Assembly (NCBI GenBank): GCA_020137815.1 | Contig: CM035350.1 | Location: forward strand, 5,084,001-5,148,000 | DNA: 64,000 bases | Direction of reading: 5' to 3' | DNA from: Hormiphora californensis | Taxonomy: Eukaryota; Animalia; Ctenophora | In this document: positions 1-12,565 of the stretch, piece after piece | Layout: each line of letters begins with the position of its first letter | Numbering within the stretch: position 1 is the first letter of the stretch | Notes under the pieces: model-generated | Seen by the model: the letters and a program-made list of their open reading frames with translations, nothing else | Told to the model about the DNA's origin: nothing | Databases searched by the model: none | Position numbers and translations under genes: made by a program

Positions 1-46
1 AGCTCCGACTCACTACGAGCTGTCCGTACCAGTTAACACTATTTAC

Positions 47-3000
47 CTTGCGATTTGCTTCTTGAATAGTGGGACATCATATTTAACGTTCTGTGTCAGG
101 TTTTTAGCACAGTCTGCAAGGAAGGTGTTATCCTTCTCAAACAGCTTCACAATACGGGCCCATGTTGCTGTGTATTGGTGCGTGTATTGACCAATCATGT
201 TCTTGCTACCTAGAAAATGTAAAGATGGGTAAGGGATTCATGTGGAGACTGGAGTGTGGACATTGGAGCGGGGAGCGGGGGCAGGTATGAACGATAGAGG
301 TAGATTGGGACTGAGTGAGCTATAAATAAAAGATGCCGTTAGGTTCTAGGAATAGTGTATCTCCTACCAAATGGAGAGCTCTCCAGAGCCTCTAGTATCC
401 TCACACTGACAGGGTACAGTATAGGCTCAACAACCTCGTGTCTGATATCATCAAGGGGGCATTCCTCAGTCAGTACCTAGGGGGTGAAGGGGTGAATAAA
501 CGGGATTACAGCACGTTCGGGGAGGGGAGAATAAACGGGATTACAGCATGCACCTAGAGGGGGAGGGGAGAGAAGGATCACAGCAGGTGGTGAGAAGAAG
601 AGAGGGGCGTGAGGAATGTGGAGCATTATCCCATACGGTGGAGTAGTAAATATATGGCAACGTATAACACAGGTGGGCCGTGGGTGAACTTCAAAAACCC
701 TTGACCTTTACCGAAAACTCTCCTCAAATTGTGATTTCAAAGCGCATATTATATATTTTGTCATTTGCCTCCATCCTAGGGGCCGCATATATTTTGTCAT
801 TTGTCGCTTGACTCATGCCCTGTGCCCAGTGGGGTTGCTAAGTTGAAAAATTAAAAATACACAATTTTAAAGTGTTGCACGTGTATTAGGATGTTCTAGG
901 GACTAATTTCCGTGTTTTGAAATTTTAAAATTTCAAAATTTTTTTTCGATTTTTTCCCGATTTTTCACCGAAAATAAGGGTCACAAAAGTGGCTTGCGAT
1001 TCAATGTGGCTCAACCGTTTGGGCTGAAACTTCGAATATTAGTAGAAAATTACCCACTGAATACCAGATATAATGTTCGAAAGCGATATTTTGAGTATAC
1101 AGCAAGGTATACAAAATATAGTGCTCCATTGACTTCATTAACCCTAAAATTCCCATTATTTACGCAAAAACGCGGGTTATGAAAGTCGCTTGCGATTCGA
1201 AGTGGCTCAACCGTTTGGGCTGAAACTTCGGATATCAGTAGAAAATTACCCACTGAATACCAGACATAATGTTCGAAAGCGATATTTTTCAACTTAGCAA
1301 CCCCTAGTGCCCACTTCAGTCACTAGGAGACCACTTCCCCAGCAGCAGCAGTAGCCGGTGTTATGTGCGGCGTTTTTGTTTATCGGTAGTTGCACAATGA
1401 CCATAATCCCCCCATAATGTGAGGGGACGAGAAAGATAATCATAGTTCTTTATATTCTTTCTCTTCCTCATGACTAAGGAGTTTAGAATTCTTGGGATTG
1501 AGTTTCACAGTTACCACTCTTTGTCTCTCTCACAACCTCCTCTCTCTCTACGTCATTGTTCCTAATATTCTCTTACAACTTTTATAGCTCCTCTCACCTG
1601 GTAAATGTTCTTTGCTGTGCTAGCACGATGTTGGGACTTTTACAATCGTATGAGGGTGCCCTGCCTTGCACTCGACCCTCTCTAGGGTTAGAAGACATAG
1701 GGTGCTCCCTCGCTCATTTGGTGGTAAATGTCTGAAGTGCCACTAACTTTACCCTCTAACTCTGATATGTAATACTATTTCAAATAAAGTTCACATTCAC
1801 TACCATTTACAGCGTCCCTCTCAGGAGCTCTTCTTATTACATAGTGCTGTGCCACCCGAGTTCACTGTGCCACGCTAATTTTCACGGCCCTATATCTCGG
1901 CTAAACTAATTTCAGTTCTCTTTGTACCAGCTGCCTTGGTATAATATCCCGTAGTAAATCTTCTCTGTACTCGACTTCCCAGCTCTCACTCCCCAGTGAC
2001 GATCGTGATTTTGTAACCTAGGTAACCAGATAGTTCTCTTATATTATCACACTCCAGTTTAGCCCCCCTCTTTCTCTCTTGTTGCCACAGGTGCACTATA
2101 ACTAACTTCATCACGTGTATTTTTCAGCAGCTCTATCATGACGGGAGGTCCAAATTCCTTTAACACCATGGAGACATGGATGCTGTTCTCTCTCCACATC
2201 CTTCTATCAGTTGTCGGTATTACCATGAACAGTGTGGTGTGGTCGTTCTACCTCCACAAACACACCAACATCACCCACTACCTCTACTTCATCACCTCCC
2301 TATTTGATGGCCTATGCGGGGTTACACCCCTTCTCCACGCCTGGTTACTAACCCAACTTGCTGATTCGGAGGAGTTCGCCTCGTACAATACTGATCTCCT
2401 TGCAGCCTGCTATTTCCTTACATCCCTAGCCAGCCGGGTTTCAGTGATGTTGACTGTTGTTATTGCTGCGGTACGGACTCTAGCCATCGCCCTGCCCTTC
2501 TACACTCCTAACAAACACGCAGTTACGGCGGCTATCCTGCTATATGGTGTGGGTTGGGTTGTCTTTCTAGGCGGGGACCTCAGTTACTATTACCAAGAAC
2601 TGAGGGATGCTAAAATCCCGATATTACCTAAAATGTTGTTCCAGCTAATGTTTCTCTACCTCGCGATCCCCGGGTACCGCTTTACAGACGCCTTGTTTGA
2701 TAGTGAACAGGGGGAGGTACAACGGGCACAGTTTATCTTCAACTACGGTCTCACCCTTGCTCTCCCCGTGTTCATATCACTGGTCTGCGTGATTATCCAG
2801 ATAGTTCACCTTCTAAAAGGGAGAACAACAACGGGAACCAAGAAATCAAGGAACACCCGGATCACCACAACTATAATCCAACTGACATCAATCACCGTGA
2901 TATGTAACACCGTGGCTGTTGTTGCCCAAACATGGATTACCACTAACGAGGCATCTGCTGCTAGTAGGACTGAGTTTCTAGTAGTGTATCTGTGTGTCAA

Positions 3001-3516
3001 CTGTATACCATTTCTGAACAGCGCCCTGTGCCCCATAGTGCTGGTGGTGAGGGGTAAAGAGCTGAACAGACATGTGAAGGTGTTGATGAGGGTACAAGAT
3101 GCTGGGAGTGTTAACAGATCAGGGAGAGGGAGCAAGAGCAATGGTTCCGGGTAACAGAAAGTTATCAGATGTATCTCCTTCCTAATGTGCAATACCTTCT
3201 TCTGATCAAGTTACAAGTCTTCCTAAACTCTCTCCCACCGCTGACTGCCCATTCTCCGTGGTTTCAAGAACCTAAAATCCCATACCCCAGTCCCAATATA
3301 TATACCTGTTTCGCGCGCTGACAAGGGAGGGGTAACTTCGTTACCAACGTTCTTGGTGGTTCCAACAACAGCTGTAATGTATACCTGTTTAATGAGACTC
3401 CTCAGTTCACTGCATTCCTCGTTCCAGAGTCTGTTAACAATGGCCCGATCTACCAACCAGTCCAGCAGCTTTACATCCTTTATGTCTATCGGTATGTACT
3501 GCTCCACATTGGACAT
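47..3516 (-). CDS. CDK5RAP3: CDK5 regulatory subunit-associated protein 3 (C53/LZAP), 5' exons; continues off the window left
   Basis: Exons 3516-3385 (MSNVEQYIPIDIKDVKLLDWLVDR...), 476-368, 209-47 (SKNMIGQY...W...LFEKDNTFLADCAKNLTQNVKYDVPLFKKQIA) join in frame with GT-AG borders; match to the family N-terminus PIDI..KLLDWLVDR and EKDN..L......NV.Y..P..KKQI. Confidence 0.9.
830..1306. mobile_element. hAT-like MITE in CDK5RAP3 intron 1
   Basis: TIR (TA)GGGGTTGCTAAGTTGAAAAA at both ends; flanks gtgcccag/gtgcccac (7/8 TSD); internal ~100-bp direct repeat (992-1092, 1188-1289). Confidence 0.7.
2138..3154 (+). CDS. Intronless rhodopsin-like 7TM GPCR (338 aa)
   Basis: Seven hydrophobic segments, GxxxN in TM1, TM2 Asp (SLFD), DRY-position variant AVRTLAIALPF, TM7 LNSALCP. 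Confidence 0.8.
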   Translation: MTGGPNSFNTMETWMLFSLHILLSVVGITMNSVVWSFYLHKHTNITHYLYFITSLFDGLCGVTPLLHAWLLTQLADSEEFASYNTDLLAACYFLTSLASRVSVMLTVVIAAVRTLAIALPFYTPNKHAVTAAILLYGVGWVVFLGGDLSYYYQELRDAKIPILPKMLFQLMFLYLAIPGYRFTDALFDSEQGEVQRAQFIFNYGLTLALPVFISLVCVIIQIVHLLKGRTTTGTKKSRNTRITTTIIQLTSITVICNTVAVVAQTWITTNEASAASRTEFLVVYLCVNCIPFLNSALCPIVLVVRGKELNRHVKVLMRVQDAGSVNRSGRGSKSNGSG

Positions 3517-3809
3517 ATCGCTAGAATACAGGGGTGATGAGGGTGACATTGTAGAGTGAGGAATTAAGGAGATTACGGGGTGGTTCGAAAACGGGACCTG
3601 AACCGCCACTTCATAATTCCATGGAGTATAGCGATGTTGAGAGTGGCACAAAAAGACGATGGTAGACTGGAAACAAAGAGTGAGTTTGTGTCACAAATAT
3701 TATTATTTGTTAAATAAATCAGAATATTAAATATAGAATTTCAAAAAAGAGAGAGTATCAAACTGTAAACACGCTACTACTGGAAACTAATCCAGTTGTT
3801 TCATATATC

Positions 3810-5160
3810 ATAGCGCTGGCAAGCGCCCGGGGCCCAATCCTCCCTCCCCCAACCATCATTTCCCCCAAAATTTCCCTCTGACAAGCATCTTTCCTCCCAG
3901 TAAAAGGAAAATCGAAATTGCGAAAAAAAAATTTTTTTTGAAAATTTTTGAAAATTTTGACAGCGCTACTATACTTATTGTCTGAAATCGGCAATTTCAA
4001 CTTTGTTTTAGACAACCTTCCCGTTGTCCTACGAACTTGCCGCTTGGTAGTTCGTGTTGCCTTGACACCTAGAGCACACGTTCAAAATTTCATGCAAATC
4101 GGAGTTACGGTTTTTGCGCTACAGATGGTCGTATTTTAGACAAAATGTCCGTTTTTAGCGTGACTAACGACCTTGATTGTACCACCTTTTTGCGTACACG
4201 ATGGAGGCCACAGTTTTAAAGCTATCACCATGAAACTTTGGGAGTCGGTAGGTCTAGTGGTGTACCTTGTATTAAAGCTTGGACAGAGAAAACGGACAGT
4301 CATAACAAAAGTTATGACTGTCTTAAGTTTTCTTTGGCGTTTAAGACGGCCTTCCCGTCGTTTTACGAATACGCCGCTTGGTACGTGGTGTTGCCTTGAC
4401 ATCTTGAACATACGTTCAAAATTTCAAGCAAATCCGAGTTACGGTTGTTCAGTTACGGGCATCTGACTGTATCAAGATTTAAGACGATTTTCAAAAAAAC
4501 CTAGAAAAGAGCAAATTAAACTATAAATCATGATTTTATCATATATATTTTTCCAGCGTGGGTCAACTGATGCATTTTCAGTTGTAGTTGGTAGTCATAT
4601 CTAGAGTTATGACTGTCTTAAATTTAAGACGATTTTAAAAACACCTAGAAAGAAGCGATTCTGAGTCTAAATTAACATTGAATCAGATTTATTTTATAAA
4701 ATTAGGTTTACTGCCGAATTTTTCAGTTGTAATTGGTAGTCATATCTAGAGTTATGAATGTCTTAAATATAAGACGATTTTGAAAACCGCCGAGAAAAGA
4801 GCGAATTAGCATCTAGAACCTGATTTTATCAGATATATCTGATTATTAATGCTTATCCGTGATCATTATCCGTGACTAATAATCAAAATCATAGAATAAT
4901 CGCGGAGGACCAATCGTGGAGAACTAATTGCGGATAACTAACCACGATAACTTGTCGCGAAATAATTAATATAATAGTAACCAATCGCGGATAGCTAATC
5001 GCAGATAGCTAATCACGATAGCTAATCGTGATAACTAATCGCGATAACTTATAACGGATTCGTGATAACTGATAAGTTATCCGCGATTGGTTGTCTGCGA
5101 TTACTATCATATTAGTTATTCGCGATTCATGATATCCGAGATTGGATATCTGCGATTATT
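3810..5160. repeat. Degenerate composite repeat/TE relic
   Basis: Direct repeat ~4010-4120 vs ~4348-4450, ~147-bp tandem units (aagacgatttt at ~4480, 4626, 4771) and a degenerate ~14-bp GATAACTAATCGCG-like array 4850-5160. Confidence 0.5.
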
Positions 5161-5299
5161 ATGAGGCTACCTAGTACCTTTTAATTATATTTAAAAAGTC
5201 CGTGAATCCTCAATCCGCGTTTATTAAATTAAGCTAGTATGTATTACTAAGCTAGTATGTATTACAAATGCATATCATAGTATAACAAAATGCCTGATA

Positions 5300-5740
5300 C
5301 TAGATCCAAAAACCAAACAAGTTTGGTGGATAGCCGGGGCCGCAGAAATTGAAAACGTGCGAAAGTTTTGATACATGAACTTTCGGGGCCTGGGGTGCTG
5401 TTAAATTCGCGTTTCCATGATTATAACCAATAATATTTTCAAATTATACGCCAGGAAAACTAGTGCAATGATCAAACCATTAATTTATTCCACATTATCA
5501 TAAATACAGATCCACACATGTCACATATATTTACTGTGCACAGTGGGTCGTTTCAGAGTCTGTTTTACAGATAATATTATTCTGATAATTATAGTGTGTT
5601 TTGAAAGAACGGCTAACTATCATGGAAACGCGAATTTAACAGCACCCCAGGCCCCGAAAGTTCATGTATCAAAACTTTCGCACGTTTTCAATTTCTGCGG
5701 CCCCGGCTATCCACCAAACTTGTTTGGTTTTTGGATCTAG
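5300..5740. mobile_element. MITE with ~120-bp TIRs and TA TSD (Tc1/mariner-type)
   Basis: CTAGATCCAAAAACCAAACAAGTTTGG...TTTCCATGAT inverted at both ends, flanked by TA. Confidence 0.85.
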
Positions 5741-6029
5741 TATAATAATACTGATAGTGTCCAGCACTATGTTTTATAATAAACTAATAAATAAATAATT
5801 CCTCCCATCCAATCAAATATATTTCGTATCAATTAATCATCAGCATTCAGTAAAACATTCACACACAAAAATTGTAGGGACCAGCCTAAATATTAAACTC
5901 AATAACTTACAATTTTCATTTCACACACACTTCAATTTATTATAAGTTCAAGAAACATGCAGTCCTTTTGCAGACTCCAACATAATTGTTTTTGTACCAT
6001 GGGGCCTGATTACCATGGTTACCCCCTGT

Positions 6030-8142
6030 TTACATGGACTCCTCCCCATCGTCATATCTCCCAACACTACCAGCTGTGCTCATGTATCTGCCCTGTTTCC
6101 CACCCCTGTACAAGACTTCATCCTCACTATCACTCAACATGGCGAATGACGTGCTCTCTTTTGGACCCCTGGGGGTAGGAGAGAGATTAATTGGAGAACA
6201 AGGAGAGATGGGAGAGAGAGAGGAGAGAGAGTCGATAACAATCAGCAATACTTACATTATATTTGTACTTGGAGAGTAGACGAAGGCCAGTGTAAAGAGA
6301 TAGAAATTAAACAGGGAATAAAAGCAGAGAAACTCGGCTGCGTTATTCCACCGCAAAGTTATTTCCATAACGATGTCTCGCTCGAGGAAAGCCCGTCCAA
6401 ATCTTAGGGACATGGCTACCAAGCTGAAATAAACACAGAAATTAAAGCTAATAGTTTTACACGGAGATATTTAGCCTTATTAGGTCATATTGCCTCACGT
6501 TACCTTATAAGGAGAATTATGACGGTTAGGGTGGTGAGGAATCGCAGTCTGACATCAAAGTAGGGCATAGAATGGAGCTCTGAATAAGCTCTTACAAGAA
6601 GGAAGAGAAGGTAAAAGATGTAGATTGCTAGCAGGACGAAAAAGAAGATCTTCACTATTGTAAATCCTTCCTGGTCCTGAAAATACATAATTTTAGGATA
6701 ATAATTCAGTATAGCCACACAGCACACATCTTCATTTTAACATCTTCATTTAATACCTGAGTGATAGAAAAAGTAGGGTCGACAGTTTCATATAGTGCAC
6801 TCCAACTTAGGACGACACACCCAATAATCCAGATCAGACCAACGAGGCACAACTTCAGAAAGTAGAAAGAGAAGAAGTGTCGCTCTGCTTTCCGCATCCC
6901 ATGATATACACATAACCAAAACATGAGGAGAGAGCAGAAGAATGTGACTGTGAAGACAGCATCAACTACAGATATCAGAGGGGTCGAGGTGAGCAGGAGA
7001 AGAGGAAATAGAGGGTTGTCGTAGAGCATCACAGCAATGAGCAGGAAGATGATCCACTTTTGTTCTATGCTCCAATCCTGGGGAGGGAAGAATTTTATCT
7101 ATAACTGACAAAAAATGACAGATTTAGCTTCGTTAGAACAAGGTGGGGTATTTAGCTCCGAGAAGATACCACACTCGAAGCCTGTCATGTCATACCTGAA
7201 GGGAGTGCCCACGGAGAGATTGGACTAGGGCCAGAGCTGTCAGGAAGGCAGTGATAAGGAAGAAAAACCGGAACCACAGTTCTAACTCAGTGAAACTGAC
7301 ATTATAGGATTTCCATATTGGGGTAAAGGAAGATCTGTTCACCAGAGCTTGGGATGTTTCAACCTGTAGAGAGACTAGATATATGTATCTGTTATTTTGT
7401 ACCCCGATGATTAGACCACACTCTACGTCCCCTCTCTCCCCACCCACGCGGGCACGCCGAATCGTTACCTCAATGTAGTAGCGGGGGAATCTAATGTAGC
7501 TGAGGTGAAAGACAGTGACTGGGTCACAAACCCCTTCATAACACATCAGTTGCCTATCATGGGACCTTGGATCCTCGTTCAGAAGGATCTTGGTATCGTT
7601 TGTGTAGGCGTATATACTGACCCGTATAGGCACCGTCAGCTTGGTTTCTTTCTGAAAAGTAGATTTAACTAGAAATCATTCAGATTCAGCCATGACGCAT
7701 TGATTTAACAAAGATTTAGCGTACCACAGCAGGTCTTCTATTAGTGAGTCCACCTGAAATAAGGCTTATAGTTGCTCAGCAGATTTGTAGTTACTTATGA
7801 ATGTACCTGAATTTCTTCACTCCGCATTGGGTAGTGCGAATATTGAACTTGTATCTGTAACCACAGCTGCTGCTGTGACATTGATAGGTGTGGGCTAAGC
7901 ATGGAGAGGATACTTTTATCTGTTTCGATTCCATGATCCGCGGACACTATGTTGATCACTGACGGTCCTATCCAACCTGGAAAAAGGAAGATTAGAACTG
8001 TGCCGAAGTGGCGTGTTGACTTTTAAAGCTTACCAATCAAAAGTGATCCAGTGAAAAGACCAAAGAATGCTATAAATGAGAACAGGAACTGCCGTTTTGT
8101 TAGCGTGTACAGCTTCATTTGGATGTACGAGTCGATTGGCAT
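6030..8142 (-). CDS. TMEM181: Transmembrane protein 181 (multi-exon)
   Basis: Start MPIDSYIQMKLYTLTKRQF; ELWFRFFF, W..EQKW...LL....LYDNPLFP, LLMFWLCVYHG, PYFDVRLRFLT, C-terminal FAMLSDSEDEV; exons with GT-AG borders. Confidence 0.92.
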
Positions 8143-9014
8143 CACGCCGGTACTGTTCTCTGATCCCTACATCCCCTAAAAATACCAGAAATATGTCACA
8201 GTTGCTGGTAACTGGTTTTTGATTCGCAGGGGCCGTAAACAAAGTAAAAAACGAGTGCGTGTTCGGTGTTTTAAGTTTTTACTTTTCAACGTCTTTCGCA
8301 AACTTGAAAGAACGGAGAACAATAAAAATTATAATAAATTACCCACACACCTTCATACTCTCATTCTCCCTCTCTCTGCTCACTTATCTCGAAAATCTAC
8401 ATCTTCCACACTGACTCGGACAACCCTTCTCTTAGTGCCCCGAAGCGCAACAAGTCTTTTGGCAAACGTTGCTGGCCCCCTGTTCTGCGCCACGCGCAGC
8501 GCGGGATAAGGCAGCGCTTTTCAAGGGATAAGGCAGCGCTTTTCAAACAAGTCTTTCGCAAAACTTTTATTTGGTAAAAACTTGTCTTGAAAATAAACAT
8601 GCGCGCGTTAGAAACACCGATTTTGCGCGTTTTTGTTTTGCGCGTTCAATTTTTAGCCCTATTTTCAGGTCTCCGAATTTGATTTGGGTGCCCCACCCCT
8701 TCATTGCCCTGGCCAAATTGATAAGATAAAACACGTTTTTTAATTTTTCGCATTAAAATCAAGCCTTCATCTGACATTTTAAAACAAAATACTACGGTTA
8801 AACAACTTCAAAACTACAGCCAGGTCAGTACCACTGCCACTGGACTTACTATTAGCTACTGTGACCATGTAGAAAAGGCATTACAAAGATACAAAATTAT
8901 ATGTTGTTCATTTTCATTTTCTGGATTCCAAAATTATAGAGATCTGCAGAGTGTTCATTTTAAATATTCATCTGCGTAAAGTCTTTTTGAGTTGCTTGCT
9001 CTGGAATCAGCTGT

Positions 9015-12000
9015 TTAGAAGACGGTAGTTTCCGTGTTGGCTTTCTTGCAGAAATCAACCATCTGAGAAAGACATTGGTTTGTGTTATGGTTCAATTTCA
9101 ATTTTCAATTCAAATAATTTGCGCAAATACACAGGATATTTAAAAAAATAAACCTCCTCATTAGTCATTAATAACACACCAGCTCAGCAACAAACAACAT
9201 TCATCAAGATTGGAATTGATCAGGACGCCACTGCAGGATAGAGTTGTTGTTCGATTGAGATGGATACCCGATAATAGGTGGAGTATCGGGGATGAAACAA
9301 AGGTAGACACCCAGGCGTGATTTAAAATGGGAAAGTGTCGGTGCCTCCTTAACATGTCGTGGTAGAGTGTTCCACAGTTGGGGGCCCTTAACTGCAAAAG
9401 AACCCTCAAACATGGTGAGATTTGATCGTTGAGCTTCATAAGAATATCTGGGAACGATTGCTCTCGGTCCAGAACGGGGGCTCTCCACAAAACCCATGTT
9501 GGTGGTGTTTGGTGATTCACCATTGTATATTTTCCAGACCATTATCATAGTGTATCTCTCACGACGTCTTTGAAGTGACAGTAGACACAGGGATCGGAGT
9601 CTCTGCCAGTAGTCCAGGCCTTTAAGGCCGGCGATTTTACGAGTAAAAGCACGTTGAATATCCTCTAAACGACTGATATCGCCAATCTTGGTGGGGGACC
9701 AAAGAGTACAACAGTAGTCCAGGTGTGGACGCACCAGGGATTTGTAGAGGATAACCATGGTGCCCCGAGAACGGGACCTGAATGCACTGAGGGTCCAGCC
9801 AGCAATACGTCTCGCCTCTGAAATTACACGAGATATCTGGGCTGACCATGAACCGTCGGAGGAGAGAAGAACGCCAAGATCACGAACGGTACGGGAAGGG
9901 ATAATAGCTCTACCGTCTGAAATATGATATGAATAGTTCTCGGCACTGAAGGGCATTTCCCTGAGAGATGATGTGTGATTTAGTGTATAGTTCATCACTT
10001 CAAACTTTGCTTGGTGGAGCGACATATTGTTGATATCTGCCCAAGAAATGATGCTGTTGAGATCCTCTTGAAGGAGGACCTTATCCAGTAACGTTCGTAT
10101 AGCAGAGAAGATTTTGGTATCGTCTGCAAACGACAAGGACGAGCCGTGTTTGACTACAGAATCTAGGTCGATCACATATATGAGAAATAGGATTGGGCCT
10201 AGAACTGTCCCTTGGGGTACACCACTAATCACTTGAGCGAAAGAGGAAGGGACACCGTCGACCATAACAGTTTGCATCCGATCGGTAAGGAAACTACTTA
10301 GCCAAGATAAAAGTCTGCCCTTGACACCATATTTCTGGAGTTTTTCCAATAGAATGCCAATGTCCACCTTATCAAATGCTTTCTCAAAATCGATAGATAA
10401 CTATAATATATATATAATAATGGGACTATAATGCATAATCAGGTTACGTTAGGTGTTCATCAAAAAGGCATAAGTTAATCAAAAAGGCACAAGTTGATTG
10501 TATGATAGGTAGTTGTCAAACTCACGTTGCACTTCTTGGCGTTCTCCTCAGAGGAGCACCAGAAGGAAGGACCGTTCTCACAATCATCATCCTTTCCCAG
10601 GAGGTCAGTACTACCAGAGATATCAACAGGGCCAACACCAAGCAGAGCACTGGCATCATCAGCCCCAGCCTGGCACAGACCAGCCATCTGACAGAGCTCC
10701 TTGGCCTTGTAGCTCTCGAATAGGCTGACAGCTGTCTCAAAGGCACTGTTGACAAAGCTGTCACACTCGTTCTGGTCAACTGGGACGACGGAGCAGACAT
10801 GGTCTAGCATGGTCTCGATTTGTTTCTGTAATAGGGAAAGAGAGGAGGTTAGAAAGACATGACAGCGAGAGAGGTGACGGCACCACCAAGAGAAAGATGG
10901 ATGATAAATGATTTATTAAATCCAAGATTTAGCTTGAACCGTTCATCACATGGATTACAAATAGTTTAGCAAGAAACACATGATCGACTATACCTCGTTA
11001 GCCAGGACCTCCTTCTGTACAAGACCAGCTAGGGAGACACAGGTATCACACCCGATATCACCAACATTCTTGGAAAGCAGAGCGGACATGAGAGTAGCTT
11101 GTCTCATAATGGACTGGAACTCCTGTATAGTGGGTGGATTGGTGTTAGATTTGATTGGTGTAAGTTACTGGACAGCTAGTTGACATCTAGAATTCCCATA
11201 AATCGCAATGTTACCCCCCCCCCCGGCCCTGTTTACCTCACTGCATAGTCCCATGACTGTGCACACCTCCTTCACATCAACATCGTTAACAAAGGCATCC
11301 AGGAACATCTTACCGTACACCTCAACGTAGTTCTTGCAGGTATCAGGGTTGGGAGTGTATTGACATACAGTCTCTAGTTCAGCAAGAATCTCTTCCTATG
11401 ATGTGCAGTGGGTTAATAACTGCAATGCTTGTTTTAGAAGGGTAACTCCTACTAGGGGATAAATGATGCAAGACCTGAGTTATGTGTCCAAATGAATGCT
11501 ACTGGCAATTATACTGGTAGGGTGTATGATAAAGATATGCTGAGCACTATCATGGTTACCTCGGTGGCGTTGTTCTTCAGCTTCTCAAAGATCTGCTCTC
11601 CAATCAGTTCACAGATGGTACAGCTCTAGAAAAATATGAATGCTAGTTTATTCATTCCAGACGGTCTCAAAAGTCATAGTTTGTCAAAAAAGTTAAAGTT
11701 TGTCGAAGTATCAAATGATCAGTGTCCATTGTCCATTGTCCAGTCAGTTAACTCACCCCTGTCTCGACCTTGTTCTCCTCTTCGTCCTCAAAGATGGGGT
11801 CAGTCATTCCAGCGAGGGGGTGATCTCCCACCCAGACTTTGGTTCGGCAATGCTCCAGGGTTTCCTTTCCGCATTCCTTCACGTTCTCGACACTTTCACA
11901 CCAGTAGGCAGGTCCCCAGGTACACCTGTCAGACCCAAGGAGAACACCTAGAGAGAAGAGGGGGGTTAGGGCCGGGGGGAGATATAGGATATACATCATC

Positions 12001-12156
12001 ACACAAGAAAATCAGTAACTCATTGTTATTGGAGAGGGGCAGGCAAGTCATGCAAGTCTGACCCTGACCTTCTGTAGCCCCCTCCTCAGTTGGTAGTGAG
12101 ACTGTACCTGAGGTGATACCAAGGAACACTGCAATCAGACACACTCGTGTAATCAT
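9015..12156 (-). CDS. PSAP: Prosaposin-like precursor: signal peptide-SapA-SapB-SapB-SapA
   Basis: CTWGPAYWCES (SapA), CTICE...VC..CKNYVE.Y...VC.VMGLC (SapB1), CDTC...VC..C..FV...LC.MAGLC (SapB2), CENGPSFWCSS..NAKKCN|MVDFCK (SapA); last exon 9062-9015. Confidence 0.85.
9091..10395 (-). mobile_element. 5'-truncated CR1-group (CR1/L2/Daphne-like) LINE, RT ORF 10367-9204
   Basis: DFEKAFD, SGVPQGTVLGPILF, FADDTK, DLGV, LVRPHLDY; (TTGAA)-type microsatellite tail ending ~9091; sits in last prosaposin intron. Confidence 0.9.
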
Positions 12157-12339
12157 TGTTTACGCTACAAATACAGAAATACATTATTAATCGGGTAAAA
12201 ACACAGAACATTTAATGTAAGAATGTTAACCAAGGTAAATATGATTTTATAAAGTTACAATACAGGTCATCATACCAACATGAACACAAGGAAAGAAAGA
12301 ATAGTGAGACGAGCAACGGCGATTTACCTTCCTATATAT

Positions 12340-12565
<226 letters not shown>

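Noticed and set aside
7725-7753. Possible extra TMEM181 mini-exon with AG/GT borders
   Set aside because: 29 nt would break frame; flanking exons join in phase without it
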